The notes below the pieces were generated by a model that saw nothing but the letters and a program-made list of their open reading frames with translations, did not search any database and was not told where the DNA came from. From positions 8,597 through 72,596 of the forward strand of contig CAZAPS010000003.1 in assembly GCA_964487355.1 (NCBI GenBank): 64,000 nt of DNA, written 5' to 3'. Positions 27,406 to 37,269 of this stretch are shown one piece after another; position 1 is the stretch's first letter; each line of letters starts with the position of its first letter. Both the position numbers and the translations under genes were made by a program. Origin of the DNA: an uncultured Oscillospiraceae bacterium. Lineage in GTDB: Bacteria > Bacillota > Clostridia > Saccharofermentanales > Fastidiosipilaceae.

Positions 27406-27990
27406 TTAGGCCCTCTTGGTCATGATTTCGTCAATAATACCGTACTCTTTCGCCTCTTCGGCCGACAGCCAATTGTCGCGGTCGGTATCTTTTTGGATCG
27501 TCTCATAGCTTTGGCCGGTGCGCTCCGCCAAAATTGTGTTCAGACGATGTTTGGTCTTACGTATGTGTTCCGCCGCGATTGAGATGTCCGACGCCTGTCC
27601 GTGCGCTCCACCGGACGGTTGATGGATCATCACCTCCGCGTTCGGCAGACAAAAGCGCTTGCCGGGCGTGCCCGCGGCCAGCAAAAAGGCGCCCATGCTG
27701 GCGGCCATGCCCATGCAGATGGTCTGCACATCCGGTTTGATGTATTGCATGGTGTCGTAAATCATCAAGCCACTGCTTACCTCACCGCCGGGGCTGTTGA
27801 TATAAAACTGGATATCTTTCTCCGGATCTTCAGCTTCCAAAAACAACAATTGAGCGGTCACCAAACTGGCGGTCACCGAGTTGACTTCCTCACTCAAAAT
27901 AATAATTCTTTCTTTTAACAGACGTGAAAAGATATCATACGCACGTTCGCCACGGTTGGTGGTTTCAATAACGGTTGGCACTAAACTCAT
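27406..27990 (-). CDS. clpP: ATP-dependent Clp protease proteolytic subunit
   Basis: Catalytic Ser context [12 protein letters not shown] prefer the second ATG (27990) because the SD GGAGAG abuts the first ATG at 27996. Confidence 0.95.
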   Translation of the reverse strand: MSLVPTVIETTNRGERAYDIFSRLLKERIIILSEEVNSVTASLVTAQLLFLEAEDPEKDIQFYINSPGGEVSSGLMIYDTMQYIKPDVQTICMGMAASMGAFLLAAGTPGKRFCLPNAEVMIHQPSGGAHGQASDISIAAEHIRKTKHRLNTILAERTGQSYETIQKDTDRDNWLSAEEAKEYGIIDEIMTKRA

Positions 27991-28142
27991 TGTCATCTCT
28001 CCTTTTCAATCAGTGTTAGTCATCACAAAGCGATCATCCTATCTGAATCGCTGATTAAAGTATCTTACCATAAGTTAAGGATAGTCAAAGTGAATTTTCT
28101 GTTAATTGCCAAGTAATTCGTGATTGTTTTCAAAGATTCACG

Positions 28143-28186
28143 AAAAAACCCGACTATGAATGACAAAATGCCATTCCAGCCGGGTA
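28143..28186 (-). terminator. tig terminator
   Basis: ACCCGACT / AGCCGGGT outer stem with a GAATG/CATTC inner stem, followed on the minus strand by TTTTTT. Confidence 0.5.
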
Positions 28187-28220
28187 TTCAATCTAATGAA
28201 GTCAGTCGTTAAGTGTAATC

Positions 28221-29567
28221 TTAGGCATCTTCATCGGTGTCCAATTCCTCAGACGATTCGTCAACCTCTTCCACTTCAGGCGCGGCGACCGGCAGCGCTT
28301 CATTTTTGACAAGTTCAAGGGCTTTGCGGAAGCGAATATCATTGTTTAGCATGGAAAAGTCATTGTTAAAGACGTTTCGCACCTGAGCTTCTTCCATATT
28401 GTAGCGTTCCGACATTGTCTTGATCTCAGCGTCGATGTCTTCTTCGGTGACCTCAAAGTCCTCGGTCTGCGCGATCGCCTCAAGAACCAGTGAGGTGCGG
28501 ACCCGCTGTTCTGCGTCGGCCGCCAGCGTCTGACGGTAGTCAACCACGGTCTGTCCCAGGTAGCCAAGATACTGGTCGAGCGTCAAGCCCATCCCCTGCA
28601 TCTCACGTTCCTGTTGAGAGATCATATTGTCCAGTTCGTTCTCAATCATGATCTGCGGCAGATCGATCGTGGCGTTCGCCGTGACCACCTCGACGGCGTT
28701 GTTTTCAAATTCCGTGTCCGCCTGTCTTTGCGCGGCCTCCACGAGACCCTTGCGCAGGTCGGCTGTATACTCCTCCAGAGTGTCAAACTCACTGACATCC
28801 TTGGCGAACTCGTCATCGAGTTCCGGGAGTTCTTTGACTTTGATTGAGTTCACGCGCACTTTGAACACCACCGGCTTGCCGGCCAGGTCCTCAGCGTGAT
28901 AGTCCTCCGGAAAAGATAGATTGACATCAAACTCATCACCCGGGTTGTGGCCGATAATCTGTTCTTCAAATCCGGGAATAAAAGAATTCGAGCCGATAAC
29001 CAGGTCGTGATCCTCGGCGGTGCCACCTTCAAACGGGACACCGTCATCAAAACCTTCATAGTTGATATTCACCGTGTCACCATCTTCGGCCGGACGGTCA
29101 TCGATCGGAACCATGCGGGAGTTGCGCTGTTGTATGCGCAGCAGTTCCTCTTCCACTTGACTGTCGGTCACTTCGGAATCAGTGCGCACCGCTTCGACAC
29201 CCTTATATTGACCCAGTTCGACTTCCGGTTTGTTTGTCACGGTGATAACCGCTTTCAACCCTTTATCCGAACCAATTTCCTGAACATCTATCTCGGGTCG
29301 GGACACCGGGTCGAGCTCATGCTCCTGAATCGCCTCCGTATAGGCCGGGTTGATCACATCGTCTATGGCGTCATCATATAAAACTCCCTCGCCATAGTAA
29401 CGTTTGACCATGCCGATCGGAGCCTTGCCTTTGCGAAATCCCGGGATCGAAAATCGGTTCGCGTTCTTCTTAAATGAACGGTCGAGTGCCGCTTTGAACT
29501 CTTCCGCCGGAACTTCAATTGTCAATTCAATGACATTGTGTTCTTTTCTATCAATTATTGACGCCAT
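28221..29567 (-). CDS. tig: Trigger factor
   Basis: 448 aa. It has a ribosome-binding motif (GFRKGKAP), a PPIase-like middle and an acidic C-terminus. The tig-clpP-clpX synteny is conserved. Confidence 0.95.
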   Translation of the reverse strand: MASIIDRKEHNVIELTIEVPAEEFKAALDRSFKKNANRFSIPGFRKGKAPIGMVKRYYGEGVLYDDAIDDVINPAYTEAIQEHELDPVSRPEIDVQEIGSDKGLKAVITVTNKPEVELGQYKGVEAVRTDSEVTDSQVEEELLRIQQRNSRMVPIDDRPAEDGDTVNINYEGFDDGVPFEGGTAEDHDLVIGSNSFIPGFEEQIIGHNPGDEFDVNLSFPEDYHAEDLAGKPVVFKVRVNSIKVKELPELDDEFAKDVSEFDTLEEYTADLRKGLVEAAQRQADTEFENNAVEVVTANATIDLPQIMIENELDNMISQQEREMQGMGLTLDQYLGYLGQTVVDYRQTLAADAEQRVRTSLVLEAIAQTEDFEVTEEDIDAEIKTMSERYNMEEAQVRNVFNNDFSMLNNDIRFRKALELVKNEALPVAAPEVEEVDESSEELDTDEDA

Positions 29568-29990
29568 ACTATCCTCCTACAGATCACATTGACGTGATCC
29601 GAACCAGTTTGAATTGCCTGGAGATTCTAACACACACGAAGGACCGGTGTAAAGTAAAATAGTGCTTGTATGTTCAAAAAAAGTAATCTATTATTGACTG
29701 CGTATGCGGTTTATGTTCGTTATTTGACACGTTACCCGATAAAACGTCAGTATTTTAATGCGAACCGCCAATTATTTAAAATTATTATGGAACACGTGCG
29801 CGTCTCACGGCGAACGAGTTCTTAATGAATAAGAAGAACAACCGGGCAAGCTGCTTTCTTTTGCTTGCGACAAAATCATCGGATTCGCTTTCCTGCTTTA
29901 TCCGCTTGTTAATTTTGCTCAAAAACAACATGTTTCGCAGTCAGTTGCCTACGTCAGGCAGAACCTACGGTTCTGTCACTTAGGAGAATT

Positions 29991-32132
29991 ATGACAAATC
30001 AACCCAAACAACCCAAACAATCAAATCAGCCAAGACAATCCGGCCAATCGCCTTCGGGGCGCAATCGGTCCGGCAAAGCCTCCGGTCAGGCAGGCGGAAT
30101 TCAAAATCAGTACACCGGCGGCCGAGCCAAGTCTTCAAGAAAGTCCTCAGGGCGGCCGTCCACACGTGGCTCTGACACGGAGACGGGCACTGATCGGCGC
30201 AGACAGGATCGGCGAAAAAGTGCCGGGTCCCCTCAACGGACAAGCGGTGCCGACCGCGCCGGTCGGGGCGACACTCGAGTATGTCAGGCACGCTCCTCCA
30301 CCGCTAAAAAGGGCTCAGCAACGAGTCGCCGACCCAAGCGTCGTTACAATCAGGAAGTGCCATTGAACCTCACCAATTTACCCAATTTCTCGCCCCAGCT
30401 GTCGCGCGCAAGCCTGCGCTCCGTACAAGGCCAGCCTGTCATTAAGACGAAGAAGAAACGTGGCAAAGCACTCAAAGTCATTCCGTTGGGCGGGCTTTGC
30501 GAAATAGGCAAAAACATGACCCTATATGAGTACGGCAACGATATGATTATTGTCGACATCGGTGTGGCATTTCCTGAAGAGACACAGCCGGGCATCGATT
30601 CGGTCATTCCCGATATGACTTATGTGCTCGAAAACCGCAACAAACTGCGTGGCATTTTCCTAACACATGGACATGAAGACCACATCGGTTCGCTGGCTTA
30701 TCTGCTCAAGAGTGTGGACGTGCCGGTCTATGGCGGACGCCTGACAATGGAGTTGGTCGACTTCAAAATTGAAGAAAAAGGAATTCGGGGCCGCGCCAAT
30801 AGTCTGCGCGTCATCCAGGCGGGAGAGAAAATTCGCGCCGGCTGTTTTGAAGTCGAAGCGATTCATGTCAACCACAGCATAGCCGACGCTTTTGCCTTCG
30901 CGATCGACACTCCGGCCGGCATGTGCATCCATTCGGGAGACTTTAAGATTGACTACACGCCAATCCATGGCAAGCCCATCGATTTACGTCGTTTCGCCGC
31001 CCTTGGCGAAAAAGGCGTCTTACTATTCATGTGCGAAAGCACCAACATTGAACGCGAGGGTTTTTCAAGTTCTGAAAAGACTGTCGGCGAGGCCTTTTCG
31101 AAACACTTTGAGAAAGCCAAAGGTCGCATACTGGTGGCCACATTCTCTTCCAACGTGCATCGCGTACAGCAGGTGATCACTGCGGCCGAGCAAAATGATC
31201 GCAAGGTCGCTCTGGTGGGGCGCAGCATGTTGAACGTCTGCCGGGCCGCGAACAACATTGGATACCTCGATATGAAGCCGGGCACCTTGATCGACGTGGC
31301 GGACATCAATCAATATCCGCCCGAGAAATTGGTGATCATCACGACCGGCAGTCAGGGCGAGCCCCTGGCGGCTCTGACACGCATGGCGTTCTCCGAGCAC
31401 CGCTTTGTGGAGATCAATTCCTCAGACACGGTCATCATCTCGGCCGCTCCAATTCCGGGCAACGAAAAGCCGATTTACCGAGTGATCAATGAACTGTATA
31501 AACGCGGAGCCAAGGTTGTGTACTCCGACCTTGCGGACATTCACGTCTCCGGACACGCTTATCGCGAAGAAATCAAGATATTGCATCAACTCATTCATCC
31601 AAAATATTTTCTACCGGGACATGGCGAATATCGTCATCTTTACATGCACGCTCAACTGTCGAACGAGATGGGTCAACCTTGGAATTCCATTTATCTGTTG
31701 AATAATGGTGATATTTTCCAAATCTCACAAGATGACACCGACGAGGCGGGAATCGTGGGTTACGCTCAGGCGGAGGCGATCATGATCGATGGCGCGCCGG
31801 ACAGCACCGTCGACACCGAAGTGTTAAATCAAAGAAAAACGTTGTCGGATGATGGCGTGATCACAGTCGCTCTCGCGGTGGACGTCGCGAGGAAAAGATT
31901 GTTGGGCGAACCCGTGGTCCATACGCGTGGCTTTATTTACGAAAAGGACATCGGTTCAATCAATCAGACCATCATCAAGCGGGTCAACCAGTTCGTCAAC
32001 AAGGCGAAACAGTCCGATCAACCTTTCGTGCCGGCGCTCAGGTCGAACGCTTTGCGAAATCAATTGCAAAGTATTCTATATAGTCACACCCATCGCAGAC
32101 CGGTGCTGTTGCTTTCAATCATCGAGGTTTGA
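29991..32132 (+). CDS. rnj: Ribonuclease J with ~160-aa basic N-terminal extension
   Basis: 713 aa. The core starts at LKVIPLGGLCEIGKN and has the beta-lactamase motif HGHEDHIG plus beta-CASP. SD TAGGAG lies 6 nt before the ATG at 29991. Confidence 0.9.
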   Translation: MTNQPKQPKQSNQPRQSGQSPSGRNRSGKASGQAGGIQNQYTGGRAKSSRKSSGRPSTRGSDTETGTDRRRQDRRKSAGSPQRTSGADRAGRGDTRVCQARSSTAKKGSATSRRPKRRYNQEVPLNLTNLPNFSPQLSRASLRSVQGQPVIKTKKKRGKALKVIPLGGLCEIGKNMTLYEYGNDMIIVDIGVAFPEETQPGIDSVIPDMTYVLENRNKLRGIFLTHGHEDHIGSLAYLLKSVDVPVYGGRLTMELVDFKIEEKGIRGRANSLRVIQAGEKIRAGCFEVEAIHVNHSIADAFAFAIDTPAGMCIHSGDFKIDYTPIHGKPIDLRRFAALGEKGVLLFMCESTNIEREGFSSSEKTVGEAFSKHFEKAKGRILVATFSSNVHRVQQVITAAEQNDRKVALVGRSMLNVCRAANNIGYLDMKPGTLIDVADINQYPPEKLVIITTGSQGEPLAALTRMAFSEHRFVEINSSDTVIISAAPIPGNEKPIYRVINELYKRGAKVVYSDLADIHVSGHAYREEIKILHQLIHPKYFLPGHGEYRHLYMHAQLSNEMGQPWNSIYLLNNGDIFQISQDDTDEAGIVGYAQAEAIMIDGAPDSTVDTEVLNQRKTLSDDGVITVALAVDVARKRLLGEPVVHTRGFIYEKDIGSINQTIIKRVNQFVNKAKQSDQPFVPALRSNALRNQLQSILYSHTHRRPVLLLSIIEV

Positions 32133-32168
32133 TTTTTGAAGCACAACAAAGTCAATGAGGGACGCTTC

Positions 32169-33704
32169 ATGAAACAACTTGGAACCAGGACACACGCCAT
32201 ATCCACCTACGCGGAGGATCTGCGCGCGGATCAACTGCTCACCCACCTCTTTGTGGCTGACGGGTCAGATCTCGCGCGGATCGAGGTCCGCGCGCTCTCA
32301 TTTGATTCGCGCGACGTCATGCCGGGGACATTGTTCATCTGCAAGGGTCGGGCGTTCAAAAAGAGCTATCTTGAGCGCGCGATTGAGGCGGGCGCCGTCG
32401 CGTATGTTTCCGAGACGACCTACAACGACTTGGCGATTCCCGGCCTGATTGTCAGCAATGCGCGACTGGCGATGGCCACTTTGTCGCGTCGCATGTATAA
32501 CAATCCACAAAATGAATTGACGCTGATCGGAATCACCGGCACAAAAGGAAAGTCCACGACCACTCGCATGATGCAGCAAATCATGAACTGTTGGCAAGAA
32601 AAATTGGGTCTGCCGCCGGTCGGCATGATCTCTTCGATCACCTATTTTGACGGAGTCAAAGAGACCGAGGCGGTGCTGACCACCCCGGAGATCCCTGATC
32701 TATATCGCATGTTGCGCACAGGGGTCGAGGAGGGACTGCGTTACTTCATCATTGAGGTCTCCTCGCAAGCACTCAAGTACGATCGTCTGGACGGCGTGCG
32801 GTTCGCGACGGCCGCTTTCCTCAACATCTCCGAAGATCATATCAGTCCGGTCGAGCACCCCGATTTCGCGGATTATCTGGAGTCAAAGCTACGCATCTTC
32901 GAGCATAGCGACCGTATGGTTTTCTCGCTGGATACCGGTGAGTCGGCCAAGTTAAAAGAAGCCGCCCGCGGTATGGAATACCTGACATTTTCTGTCCGGA
33001 ACAGCGACGCCGACCTCCACTGCGCCGAGATCCAAACCGATGAGGATGGATTGAATCTACTTGTTCGCCAAACCAACGCCGACAGCCTCTCTTTGCGAGT
33101 CAACATGGCCGGGCGATTCAACGCCGAAAACGCGCTCGCCGCCGTGGCGCTGTCTGATCAGTTGGGGGTGCCTACGGAATGTGTCCGGCAGGGCCTGGCG
33201 GACGCGCGTGCCGATGGGCGAATGGAGATCATCCGTTCCGCGGACGAGCCGATCGCCGTGATCGTTGACTTCGCCCACAATACCCTTAGTTGGGATTACC
33301 TGGCGTCGACTGCCGAAGAGCTGTTTCCGGGTCGTGATCTAATCTATGTCGGCGGAGTCGCCGGAGGGAAAGCGCTCAACCGCCGCAAGGATCTGGGTCA
33401 TTTTTTAGGTTCCGGGAAAATCAAGAAGGCCTATTTAACCGCGAGCAATCCGGGACTCGAGCGGACCGAAGACATCTGCGCAGAGATCATCAGCCATATC
33501 AAACCGACCTCCATCCCCACGGAAATCATCGTCAATCGGGGCGAAGCGATCGCCAAGGCGATTGCGGATATTGAAAATCCCACCGTGCTGTTGCTCGCCG
33601 GGCAGGGCGCCCACACAAACATGTGGGTTGGAAGAGATTTGGTCAAGCGAAAGAGCGACAGAGAGGTCGCCACCGCCGCGCTGAAAAGGCGACGAAAGAA
33701 GTAA
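32169..33704 (+). CDS. murE: UDP-N-acetylmuramoyl-tripeptide synthetase (MurE)
   Basis: P-loop GITGTKGKSTT with Mur ligase collinearity. I prefer the ATG at 32169 (SD GAGGGA) over the TTG at 32136 used by the track. Confidence 0.9.
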   Translation: MKQLGTRTHAISTYAEDLRADQLLTHLFVADGSDLARIEVRALSFDSRDVMPGTLFICKGRAFKKSYLERAIEAGAVAYVSETTYNDLAIPGLIVSNARLAMATLSRRMYNNPQNELTLIGITGTKGKSTTTRMMQQIMNCWQEKLGLPPVGMISSITYFDGVKETEAVLTTPEIPDLYRMLRTGVEEGLRYFIIEVSSQALKYDRLDGVRFATAAFLNISEDHISPVEHPDFADYLESKLRIFEHSDRMVFSLDTGESAKLKEAARGMEYLTFSVRNSDADLHCAEIQTDEDGLNLLVRQTNADSLSLRVNMAGRFNAENALAAVALSDQLGVPTECVRQGLADARADGRMEIIRSADEPIAVIVDFAHNTLSWDYLASTAEELFPGRDLIYVGGVAGGKALNRRKDLGHFLGSGKIKKAYLTASNPGLERTEDICAEIISHIKPTSIPTEIIVNRGEAIAKAIADIENPTVLLLAGQGAHTNMWVGRDLVKRKSDREVATAALKRRRKK

Positions 33705-33813
33705 AAACGCGCCGCCAAACGTCGAACTCATGTCTGCTGTTCTTTGAGCGCGTATCAGCGCGGCATCCTGCGCCGAGCCGGTGGATAGATGATCACAGTC
33801 ACGGCACAAAGCA

Positions 33814-33845
33814 AAAACCTCAGAAGCGACCGCTTCTGAGGTTTT
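33814..33845. terminator. Bidirectional terminator between murE and nrdJ
   Basis: A near-perfect 15-nt inverted repeat (AAAACCTCAGAAGCG / CGCTTCTGAGGTTTT). Confidence 0.75.
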
Positions 33846-33862
33846 ATCATGTCAGCGTCCTG

Positions 33863-36800
33863 TCAAGAGCATCCCGTCGTGCTTCCACAGTCCAGACAAA
33901 CTTTGCAGGTTCCATTTTGCACCATTCGCATACTTGAACAGTTGGGGCAGGTCGAACCATCGTACACGCGCTCTCCGTGAGCCGCCGCGGCACGTGCGGA
34001 TTCATGTATGAACGCGCTGCCGAACTCTGTGTTGTCCGGATTGTATTGTTCCGCGCCCAGGCCCAAATCAATTTTCTCGCTCATCAGCTCATTGACCGAG
34101 ATTTGTTCCGCCAGCAACGGGGGCAGCGCTCTGGCGTTGTCTTCCGGCTTAACCTGACAACGACTGAAATCTCCCAGTTCAATATCAATGATCTTGCTGA
34201 TCAGGTCAGAAATTGACGTCGCGTACTTGATATAGGGGTGGCGCTGCACAAAGCCATAGGGTTCATATTGTTGACCACGCAGCATCTTTGAAATGTTATG
34301 CGCCGGGATCCGGTACTGCAACATGACCGAAATTGTTTTTGACAAAGAGTTCAGCAGACCCATGATGGTCGTGCCCTCCCGATCGGTCGTCATGTAAATC
34401 TCTGAGATGTCCCCATACTCATTGCGGTTGACTGTCGTGTAGATTTTGATGCTGTCGATCTGCGCCGGATGGGTATGACCGGAACGAATGCCCTTTAGCT
34501 TGCCGCGACGTGATGTCGGACGAGGTTTTGAGATCTCTTCTCTCAAGGTCTTCGCGTAGGTCAGCAAAGCGGGGTAGGTCAATGAGTTCAAATCAAATTC
34601 ATCATCGGTGTCGTCCAATGTGATATTCAACGGTTGTGCCTGTTTGGATCCATCTCTATAAAGGGTGATCCCCTTGACTCCGGTTTTCCATGACTGCAGC
34701 AGAACCTCTTTAAAATCATCGACCGTCGCCGAATTGGGAAGATTGACCGTCTTTGAAATCGCTCCGGAAATCAAAGGAGTCAGCGCGGCGACCATCAATA
34801 CATGACCGGATGGACCAATGTAGCGTTCACCTGACCCACAGCGGTTCGCGGTGTCAAAAATCGGGTAATGCTCCGGCTGTAGATGTGGCGCCCCCTCGAT
34901 TTTTCCGTCGCTGACTCTGCCGTCTTCCTCACGTCCAATATAGGCGATGATGTCCTCAACTTCTTCCTCCGAATAATCAAGGTTTTTCAACGCCAAGGCG
35001 ATAACCGGATTGGTCAGCGTCATGAAACCGCCACCCGAAAGCTTCTTATAGACAATGTGAGAAAAGAATGGCTCGACACTGGTCGCGCCGCAGTCCATCG
35101 CGAAGGAAATGGTTCCTGTTGGAGCCATCACACTGACCTGCGCGTTTCGATAACCATGTCGCTCACCCAGCTCGACTGCGTCTTTCCAACATTCTATCAG
35201 GGTCTCGGCGGCCGTTTCCATGCCCAAGGCCTCCAGCAGGATGTGGTTGACCTTGATCGGACGGTAGGTCAGATCCTCATAGTCCGAATCCAACGCGCCC
35301 GCCACTCTCGCGTGGTTGCGTATGACACGATTCATGTGTGGCTTGTTCAACTCATAAAATGGAAAAGGCTCAGTCTGTTTGGCCATCAGGGCGGACGTGC
35401 GGTAGCTCACGCCGGTCAGCAGGCCGACAAGCGCCGACGCCATGGTGCGACCCTGTTCGGAATCATAGGGCAGCCCCTGAACCATCAACAGCGAAGCAAG
35501 GTTCGCCAGACCCAATCCGGTCGTGCGGAAATTATAAGTGCGGCGGGCGATATCTTCGGTCGGAAAATGTCCCCAGATGATGGAAGCTTCCAGCGCCAAT
35601 TGAATCAGGCCGATAAAATGCACATAGCCGGCCAGATCAAAAGCGCCGCTGTTCTCGTCATAAAACCCAAAGATATTAATCGAGGCGAGATTGCAGCTGG
35701 TATCGTCAAGAAAGGCGTATTCTCCACATGGGTTTGTGGAATTGAGTTTGTTGTGTGGCGCCCACAATTCACCATCCTCACCGGCCGGACAGGTATGCCA
35801 TTGGTTGAAGGTGTCGGAGAACTGTGGCGCGGGATCGGCGCAGCGCCAGGCTGATTCATTCATCAGATCCCAAAGCGAGGAGACCTTGACTTCGCGGTTG
35901 ACCCGGTCGTCGATGCGCCCTCTCAGCTCGATTGTCGCGTCCGGTTCTTCATCCAAATGATCCACTTTATTCATAAAGTCATCGGAAATACGCAACGAGT
36001 TATTGCTGTTTTGTCCCGATACCGTGTTATACGCCTCGCCGTCGATGTCTCCGTCATAGCCCATTTTTGTCAGAGCCACGACTTTGTCCTCTTCTTTGGC
36101 TTTCCAAGTAATGAAGTTCTCAATTTCCGGATGATCGATGTCCAGACAGACCATCTTCGCGGCTCTGCGGGTGGTGCCGCCTGATTTGATCGCGCCCGCG
36201 TTGCGGTCCAACCCTTTCAGAAAACTCATCAGGCCACTGGACACGCCACCGCCGGACAGTTTTTCACCTTCCGCGCGAATCGTTGAGAAGTTGGTTCCTG
36301 TGCCGGATCCACCTTTAAATAACTTTGTTTCGGTCACATACTCCTCAGAAATGGAGTGGGGCCCAAGCAGTTTGTCTTCAATAGAAAGAATAAAGCAGGC
36401 CGACGCTTGAGTCCGGGTATAGTCATCGTCCGACTGCACGACCTTCTTTTTTTCTTTGTCAAAATAATAATTTCCACTGTTGCCGCCAACTATTCCATAG
36501 GCGCGTTTCAAGCCGGTGTTGAACCATTGTGGTGAATTAGGAGCGAAAAGCTGCGCCAGCAGACCATAGACCAGCTCATCGTAAAGGATCTGGCTTTTTT
36601 CCCCTTCTTCAATCATTCCCTCGTCGATCAACGCGGCGACCCAAAAATCCACCATGCGATGCGCGACCTGACGCATGCTGTACTCACAATCGCGCTCATC
36701 ACCCGTCCCTCTTTTACGGAAATATTTGCTGGCGATGATGTCACAGGCGGTCTGTGAGTACTGCGCGGGAAACTCAAGGTCCGGCATGTCGACCAGCACA

Positions 36801-36934
36801 CGTCCGGTCTTGTGGTCTTCCAAATGAACCGAGACAACCTTCCAATCAAATAAATCGAACACGGTTTTATCCGGATAACGGTCAAGTTCCACTGTGTAGT
36901 AACGCTTGATCAGATCATTTACCGTCTTGCTCAT
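33863..36934 (-). CDS. nrdJ: Adenosylcobalamin-dependent (class II) ribonucleotide reductase
   Basis: About 1023 aa. Ten-stranded barrel motifs are present (NPCGE, SCNLASIN) with a C-terminal Cys ribbon (CPNCSS...CKVCLDCGSTTGCS). I chose the start at 36934 (MSKTVNDL) because AAGGAGGAG lies upstream. The track ORF extends to 36985. Confidence 0.9.
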   Translation of the reverse strand: MSKTVNDLIKRYYTVELDRYPDKTVFDLFDWKVVSVHLEDHKTGRVLVDMPDLEFPAQYSQTACDIIASKYFRKRGTGDERDCEYSMRQVAHRMVDFWVAALIDEGMIEEGEKSQILYDELVYGLLAQLFAPNSPQWFNTGLKRAYGIVGGNSGNYYFDKEKKKVVQSDDDYTRTQASACFILSIEDKLLGPHSISEEYVTETKLFKGGSGTGTNFSTIRAEGEKLSGGGVSSGLMSFLKGLDRNAGAIKSGGTTRRAAKMVCLDIDHPEIENFITWKAKEEDKVVALTKMGYDGDIDGEAYNTVSGQNSNNSLRISDDFMNKVDHLDEEPDATIELRGRIDDRVNREVKVSSLWDLMNESAWRCADPAPQFSDTFNQWHTCPAGEDGELWAPHNKLNSTNPCGEYAFLDDTSCNLASINIFGFYDENSGAFDLAGYVHFIGLIQLALEASIIWGHFPTEDIARRTYNFRTTGLGLANLASLLMVQGLPYDSEQGRTMASALVGLLTGVSYRTSALMAKQTEPFPFYELNKPHMNRVIRNHARVAGALDSDYEDLTYRPIKVNHILLEALGMETAAETLIECWKDAVELGERHGYRNAQVSVMAPTGTISFAMDCGATSVEPFFSHIVYKKLSGGGFMTLTNPVIALALKNLDYSEEEVEDIIAYIGREEDGRVSDGKIEGAPHLQPEHYPIFDTANRCGSGERYIGPSGHVLMVAALTPLISGAISKTVNLPNSATVDDFKEVLLQSWKTGVKGITLYRDGSKQAQPLNITLDDTDDEFDLNSLTYPALLTYAKTLREEISKPRPTSRRGKLKGIRSGHTHPAQIDSIKIYTTVNRNEYGDISEIYMTTDREGTTIMGLLNSLSKTISVMLQYRIPAHNISKMLRGQQYEPYGFVQRHPYIKYATSISDLISKIIDIELGDFSRCQVKPEDNARALPPLLAEQISVNELMSEKIDLGLGAEQYNPDNTEFGSAFIHESARAAAAHGERVYDGSTCPNCSSMRMVQNGTCKVCLDCGSTTGCS

Positions 36935-36990
36935 ATCTCCTCCTTGACATTCACATGGATTCTCGCTTCCAGAACAACAATCCACTACTG

Positions 36991-37029
36991 AGTGTATATA
37001 AATGTGAATCGAATTACTATATATCGTAT
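36991..37029 (-). promoter_or_regulatory. Candidate NrdR operator(s) in the nrdJ leader
   Basis: 37014-37029 reads on the minus strand ATACGATATATAGTAA. That is about 12 of 16 matches to the NrdR box acaCwAtATaTwGtgt as I remember it. A weaker AT-rich partner lies at 36991-37006. Confidence 0.35.
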
Positions 37030-37051
37030 GGCGCTCAAAGACGCAAACTAA

Positions 37052-37079
37052 ATTATATCACTCAAAATTGTTTCTTCAA
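37052..37079 (-). promoter_or_regulatory. Candidate nrdJ promoter
   Basis: Minus strand reads TTGAAG - 16 nt - TATAAT. Confidence 0.5.
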
Positions 37080-37148
37080 GGGTAAAAGGTGTTGACAAAA
37101 TAGATAAAATATAAACAAGGTGCTCAATATGACATCATTTCAAACAGC

Positions 37149-37179
37149 GAAAAACCCGCGTGAGGGCAGCCCTCGCGCG
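37149..37179 (-). terminator. relA terminator
   Basis: CGCGTGAGGG / CCCTCGCGCG stem, followed on the minus strand by GGTTTTTCG. A second 9-bp hairpin (AAAGCGCCG..CGGCGCTTT) lies at 37190-37226. Confidence 0.6.
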
Positions 37180-37269
37180 GCGCATAATCAAAGCGCCGAT
37201 AACGCGTGATCGCTACCGGCGCTTTGTTTGATGGCCAAGATCTCCTTGCGGAACGCCACGACATTTGAT

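Noticed and set aside
27997-28220. CtsR operator or CIRCE element upstream of clpP
   Set aside because: Only a single AGTCAAAG heptad-like match is present, with no tandem GGTCAAA repeat. No TTAGCACTC-N9-GAGTGCTAA is present.
36935-36985. Cys-rich N-terminal extension of nrdJ in the track ORF (MDCCSGSENPCECQGGD)
   Set aside because: A near-perfect SD (AAGGAGGAG) precedes the internal ATG at 36934, and none precedes 36985. The extension is most likely untranslated leader.
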